Part shown: one piece after another, positions 37,098 through 39,771 of the stretch
How positions within the stretch are numbered: the stretch's first letter is position 1
How the letters are laid out: each line of letters begins with the position of its first letter
Assembly: GCA_016215335.1 (NCBI GenBank)
Contig: JACRKE010000011.1
Location: forward strand, 1 to 39,771
DNA length: 39,771 nt
Source: Candidatus Vogelbacteria bacterium
Lineage (GTDB): Bacteria > Patescibacteriota > Minisyncoccia > Phycocordibacterales > JACRKE01
Direction: 5' to 3'
Position numbers and translations under genes: made by a program
The notes under the pieces: generated by a model
The model's database searches: none
What the model was told of the DNA's origin: nothing
The model's input: the letters and a program-made list of their open reading frames with translations, nothing else

Positions 37098-37922
37098 TTG
37101 AGAATTATGATTCTCGACGGCGGAGCCGTCCGGGGCGCCTACATGGGTGCCATTCTCGCTCACTTTTATTCGGTGGGGATTAGGGCAGACTTCTTCGATC
37201 TCATCGTTGGCACTTCGATCGGCGGGACCAGCGCGACCTACTACGTTGCGGGTCAGATTGAGGAAGGGCTACGGTTTTTCACGGAGCACATGCCGGGTAA
37301 GTTCATTACAAAAGTCCTTGGTGTTCCTTTCTTTAATATGCAGTACTTGGCTTGGGCGTATCGCGAGTCTCGCGACAAGCTTAACGCCGAACTGCTACGC
37401 GGAAGGACACCCGTCTACATGCCAGTCTCAAACTCGAAGACTGGTAAAGCGGAGTTTGTCTGCTTGAACAACCAAGAGGATCCGACCTGGGTCATGCTAA
37501 ATGGCGTAAATGTGCCGGTGCTTGGATACAACACCGCTGTTCTCGCCGATGGTTCTCGAGAGGATGGCGGCTTTATGGAGCAGCCTCCAGTCCGACACCC
37601 GTTCGTGGAGAAGGCGAATGAGATCTGGTTCTTGTCGCCTTTCACCAGGGAGTATCGGTCGTCCGAATTCAAGTCGAAGATCATTGCTCTTTTTCTTGGA
37701 GCGTTTGATCCGGACGTGCGGAGAATGGTGGCCAATATGGCATCACGCTCGAACGCCGCTCGCAACACTCTGGATGGAATGGCTGACGTAAGAGTGATCC
37801 GCCCAGAGCGGAAGCTCGAGATCGGCTGGGCTCACAAGGATGTGCCAGCCATCAAACGAGTGATGGCTCTAGGGACGGATGACGCAAAGCGATTTCTGGA
37901 TAGCAAGAGCATGAAGCCATAG
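37098..37922 (+). CDS. Patatin-like phospholipase
   Basis: DGGAVRG oxyanion loop, GTSIG nucleophile, DGG catalytic Asp; TTG start with GGGAG SD. Confidence 0.85.
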   Translation: MRIMILDGGAVRGAYMGAILAHFYSVGIRADFFDLIVGTSIGGTSATYYVAGQIEEGLRFFTEHMPGKFITKVLGVPFFNMQYLAWAYRESRDKLNAELLRGRTPVYMPVSNSKTGKAEFVCLNNQEDPTWVMLNGVNVPVLGYNTAVLADGSREDGGFMEQPPVRHPFVEKANEIWFLSPFTREYRSSEFKSKIIALFLGAFDPDVRRMVANMASRSNAARNTLDGMADVRVIRPERKLEIGWAHKDVPAIKRVMALGTDDAKRFLDSKSMKP

Positions 37923-37971
37923 CACTTTCGATTAAAAGGAGCTGAATGATGACCCCATTTCGTTCTCGGCC

Positions 37972-38000
37972 GCCGCCCCCGTTAGGGCGGCTTTCGTTTT
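37972..38000 (+). terminator. Intrinsic terminator
   Basis: GCCGCCC-CCGTTA-GGGCGGC followed by TTTCGTTTT. Confidence 0.65.
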
Positions 38001-38012
38001 GCAAAACAGTCT

Positions 38013-38064
38013 GTCCTACGACGTTGGACGTCGTAGGGACTGTTCACACTCCGGGTTGTGAGCA
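38013..38064. repeat. Two REP-like hairpins
   Basis: CCTACGACGT-TGG-ACGTCGTAGG (38015-38037) and TGTTCACA..TGTGAGCA (38041-38064). Confidence 0.6.
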
Positions 38065-38139
38065 GTCACGTTTGTTATGCATTGTTTAGAATTTGGAAGG
38101 TGATAAAATATTTACATTAGCAATTTAGATAATATTAAA

Positions 38140-39501
38140 ATGAGTTCGCTTAAATTTGCCAGTCTTGTGTTTTCATTATTACTTGCACCGGCTTTTGTGC
38201 TTGGTGAAGAAGTTAGAGGCGACACAGCGCCAGTAGAGCCTGTAAACCCTGCACCAATCGTGCAACCAAATCCAGTAAATGCTGTGCCTCCGGTTCAAAA
38301 TATCAATCAGGCCAGGACACCTGATCCTATTGCGCCAAATCCCGGAGCTCCTATAATTCCTCCGATTCCAAATAATGTGGATCGTCCTATTTTAGATAAT
38401 CAAAACCGTGATCCAAGAGGGGAGTTTGGTCCACGTCCAGGGGAAAGAATGGGAGATGAAAGAGGAAGACCTTTCGTGTCGGAATTCAAGCCTAATGGTG
38501 GCGAGGATCGAAAAGATAATTTTAGAGATGATGGGGTAAGGCCTCGGGAGATGAGGGGAAATAACCAGACTGACAGGAAAGATGATAGAAGTGATGAAAA
38601 CAAAGAGAAAAGCAAGGCGCGAAAAGATCGTTTCAATGAAGACGAAGAGCCGCGGGACTTCGTGGATCCGCGCCAGATTAGTGATGCCTTAAGACAGATT
38701 AAGGAGGTAAGGAGAGAGACGAACAGATTGCTCAAGCGAACCAAATCCTTAAAGCTCGAAGCGCCGCAGTCTGTTTTGAATTCACTCCTGGAAGATCTTA
38801 AGAAGTCAGAGGATGCTATAAATAACGCAGAGGACGGAAAAGAGCAAGAACCGGTACAAGATTTCTTCGAATCGCGTGCTTGGGAAGTGGTGCAAAAAGT
38901 AAGAATAGAAGTTGAATTGCCGAGCGAGCTTCAAAGGGTTGAATCTGAACTAAAGCGATTAGAAAAGACAATTTCAGTAAAGAATTTTTCGCTTGAAGGA
39001 ATCGATACAGAGCTTATAAGAGCCAAAATAACTGAAATAAGAGAAGCCGTAAACACAGCCAGGGCTGCAATGGCGGAAAATAATCCCGAAGAGGCTCAAG
39101 TTGCAATGCATACGATATATGAGGGTTCTCATCCGGGAGACATTAACGGAGTGGTTCAGCAGATGAAAGAAATTTCAAGTGCCTTAAAACGTATTAAATC
39201 TGCTGAAATCAAAGAGTCAATGCTCGACCTGCTAGCCCCTGTCTTTGAAGCGGTGGAGGAGGGAGATTTCAGAGAGGCAAATATGGCATTGAATGAAGCC
39301 AGAAGGGAAATCATGCCACTTATGGGCAAAGTGCAGAAGCTTATGAAAATGAATCCAGAGACTCAAAGAAAGATCCAAATGTTGGAGAAGCAGATTGAAG
39401 ACAAATTGAATGAAGGTGATGGCCGTCAATCATATGCGCCGTACACTTTTTATCAGAAGGCCTCGGTTCTCGACATGGTGCGAGATTTGTTTGGATGGTA
39501 A
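38140..39501 (+). CDS. Secreted hypothetical protein: Pro-rich and charged low-complexity N-half, helical/coiled-coil C-half
   Basis: Signal peptide MSSLKFASLVFSLLLAPAFVLG, P/N-rich tract, R/D/G-rich tract, heptad-rich C-terminus. Confidence 0.8.
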   Translation: MSSLKFASLVFSLLLAPAFVLGEEVRGDTAPVEPVNPAPIVQPNPVNAVPPVQNINQARTPDPIAPNPGAPIIPPIPNNVDRPILDNQNRDPRGEFGPRPGERMGDERGRPFVSEFKPNGGEDRKDNFRDDGVRPREMRGNNQTDRKDDRSDENKEKSKARKDRFNEDEEPRDFVDPRQISDALRQIKEVRRETNRLLKRTKSLKLEAPQSVLNSLLEDLKKSEDAINNAEDGKEQEPVQDFFESRAWEVVQKVRIEVELPSELQRVESELKRLEKTISVKNFSLEGIDTELIRAKITEIREAVNTARAAMAENNPEEAQVAMHTIYEGSHPGDINGVVQQMKEISSALKRIKSAEIKESMLDLLAPVFEAVEEGDFREANMALNEARREIMPLMGKVQKLMKMNPETQRKIQMLEKQIEDKLNEGDGRQSYAPYTFYQKASVLDMVRDLFGW

Positions 39502-39549
39502 TATTTTAAGCACACTTTTAATCCTAAATCGATTTAACAAGATTTAACC

Positions 39550-39588
39550 AAAAGCATCCCGCTTTAATCTGGATGCTTTTTTGTTTTG
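39550..39588 (+). terminator. Intrinsic terminator
   Basis: AAAAGCATCC..GGATGCTTTT followed by T-runs. Confidence 0.6.
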
Positions 39589-39609
39589 AGATTAAAATTA
39601 CGTGTGCTA

Positions 39610-39638
39610 TTGCAAAAAGTTTTAAAATAAGATATAAT
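39610..39638 (+). promoter_or_regulatory. sigma70 promoter for a transcript leaving the window
   Basis: TTGCAA (39610-39615), 17 nt, TATAAT (39633-39638). Confidence 0.7.
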
Positions 39639-39654
39639 ACGCGTAGCGATTTCC

Positions 39655-39709
39655 TCGCGGCTCTGCCGCGATGACCTTGGAGGAAGGTTTGGAAACCCTC
39701 GGTTTCCAA
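39655..39709. repeat. Two short hairpins downstream of the promoter
   Basis: TCGCGGC-TCT-GCCGCGA (39655-39671) and TTGGAAACC-CTC-GGTTTCCAA (39689-39709). Confidence 0.6.
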
Positions 39710-39771
39710 GTAGAATAGAGGGATGCCCGTCAAGAAAACATGGCACAATGCGTACGATACCCACTACCACA

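Noticed and set aside
39531-39550. GATTTAACAA-GATTTAACCA tandem 10-mer
   Set aside because: Two copies in AT-rich DNA; too weak to assign a function
39678-39700. GAGGAAGGTTTGGAAACC resembling the RNase P RNA GAGGAAAGUCC motif
   Set aside because: Several mismatches at conserved positions, no recognisable P1/P2 context, and the hairpin explains the sequence
1-39771. Alternative genetic code (UGA = Gly, as in Gracilibacteria/Absconditabacteria)
   Set aside because: Long core genes are intact in code 11, and TGA serves as a stop, including in the ATGA overlaps at 32396 and 33112

Overview
Bacterial chromosomal segment in genetic code 11. Gene content and divergence suggest a small-genome Patescibacteria/CPR (Parcubacteria-like) organism; this is inference. 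Core genes: cyaB-like CYTH, a short smc, rnr, rpsP-khpA-trmD, rpoB-rpoC-dnaG-rpoD-cdaA, dsbA, sod, tgt, xfp-ackA, a DedA/GT2/GT2/SMS-like lipid operon and several oxidoreductases. Single ORFan genes with strong Shine-Dalgarno sites are interspersed. Main observations: (1) a 702-aa condensin-type Smc with no recognisable hinge and a Rad50-type CPVCG zinc hook near the coiled-coil apex; (2) a RAYT/TnpA-REP HUH nuclease gene bracketed by two nested ~40-bp palindromes, one of which appears to supply its -35 box; (3) many short REP-like hairpins, several lying in frame inside housekeeping genes (tgt, trmD, a TrxB-like gene, smc); (4) a lytic transglycosylase whose reading frame has no canonical start codon and follows a structured leader; (5) apparently leaderless core genes versus SD-led ORFans. 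No rRNA, tRNA or CRISPR array was recognised. All calls were made by eye, without database searches.
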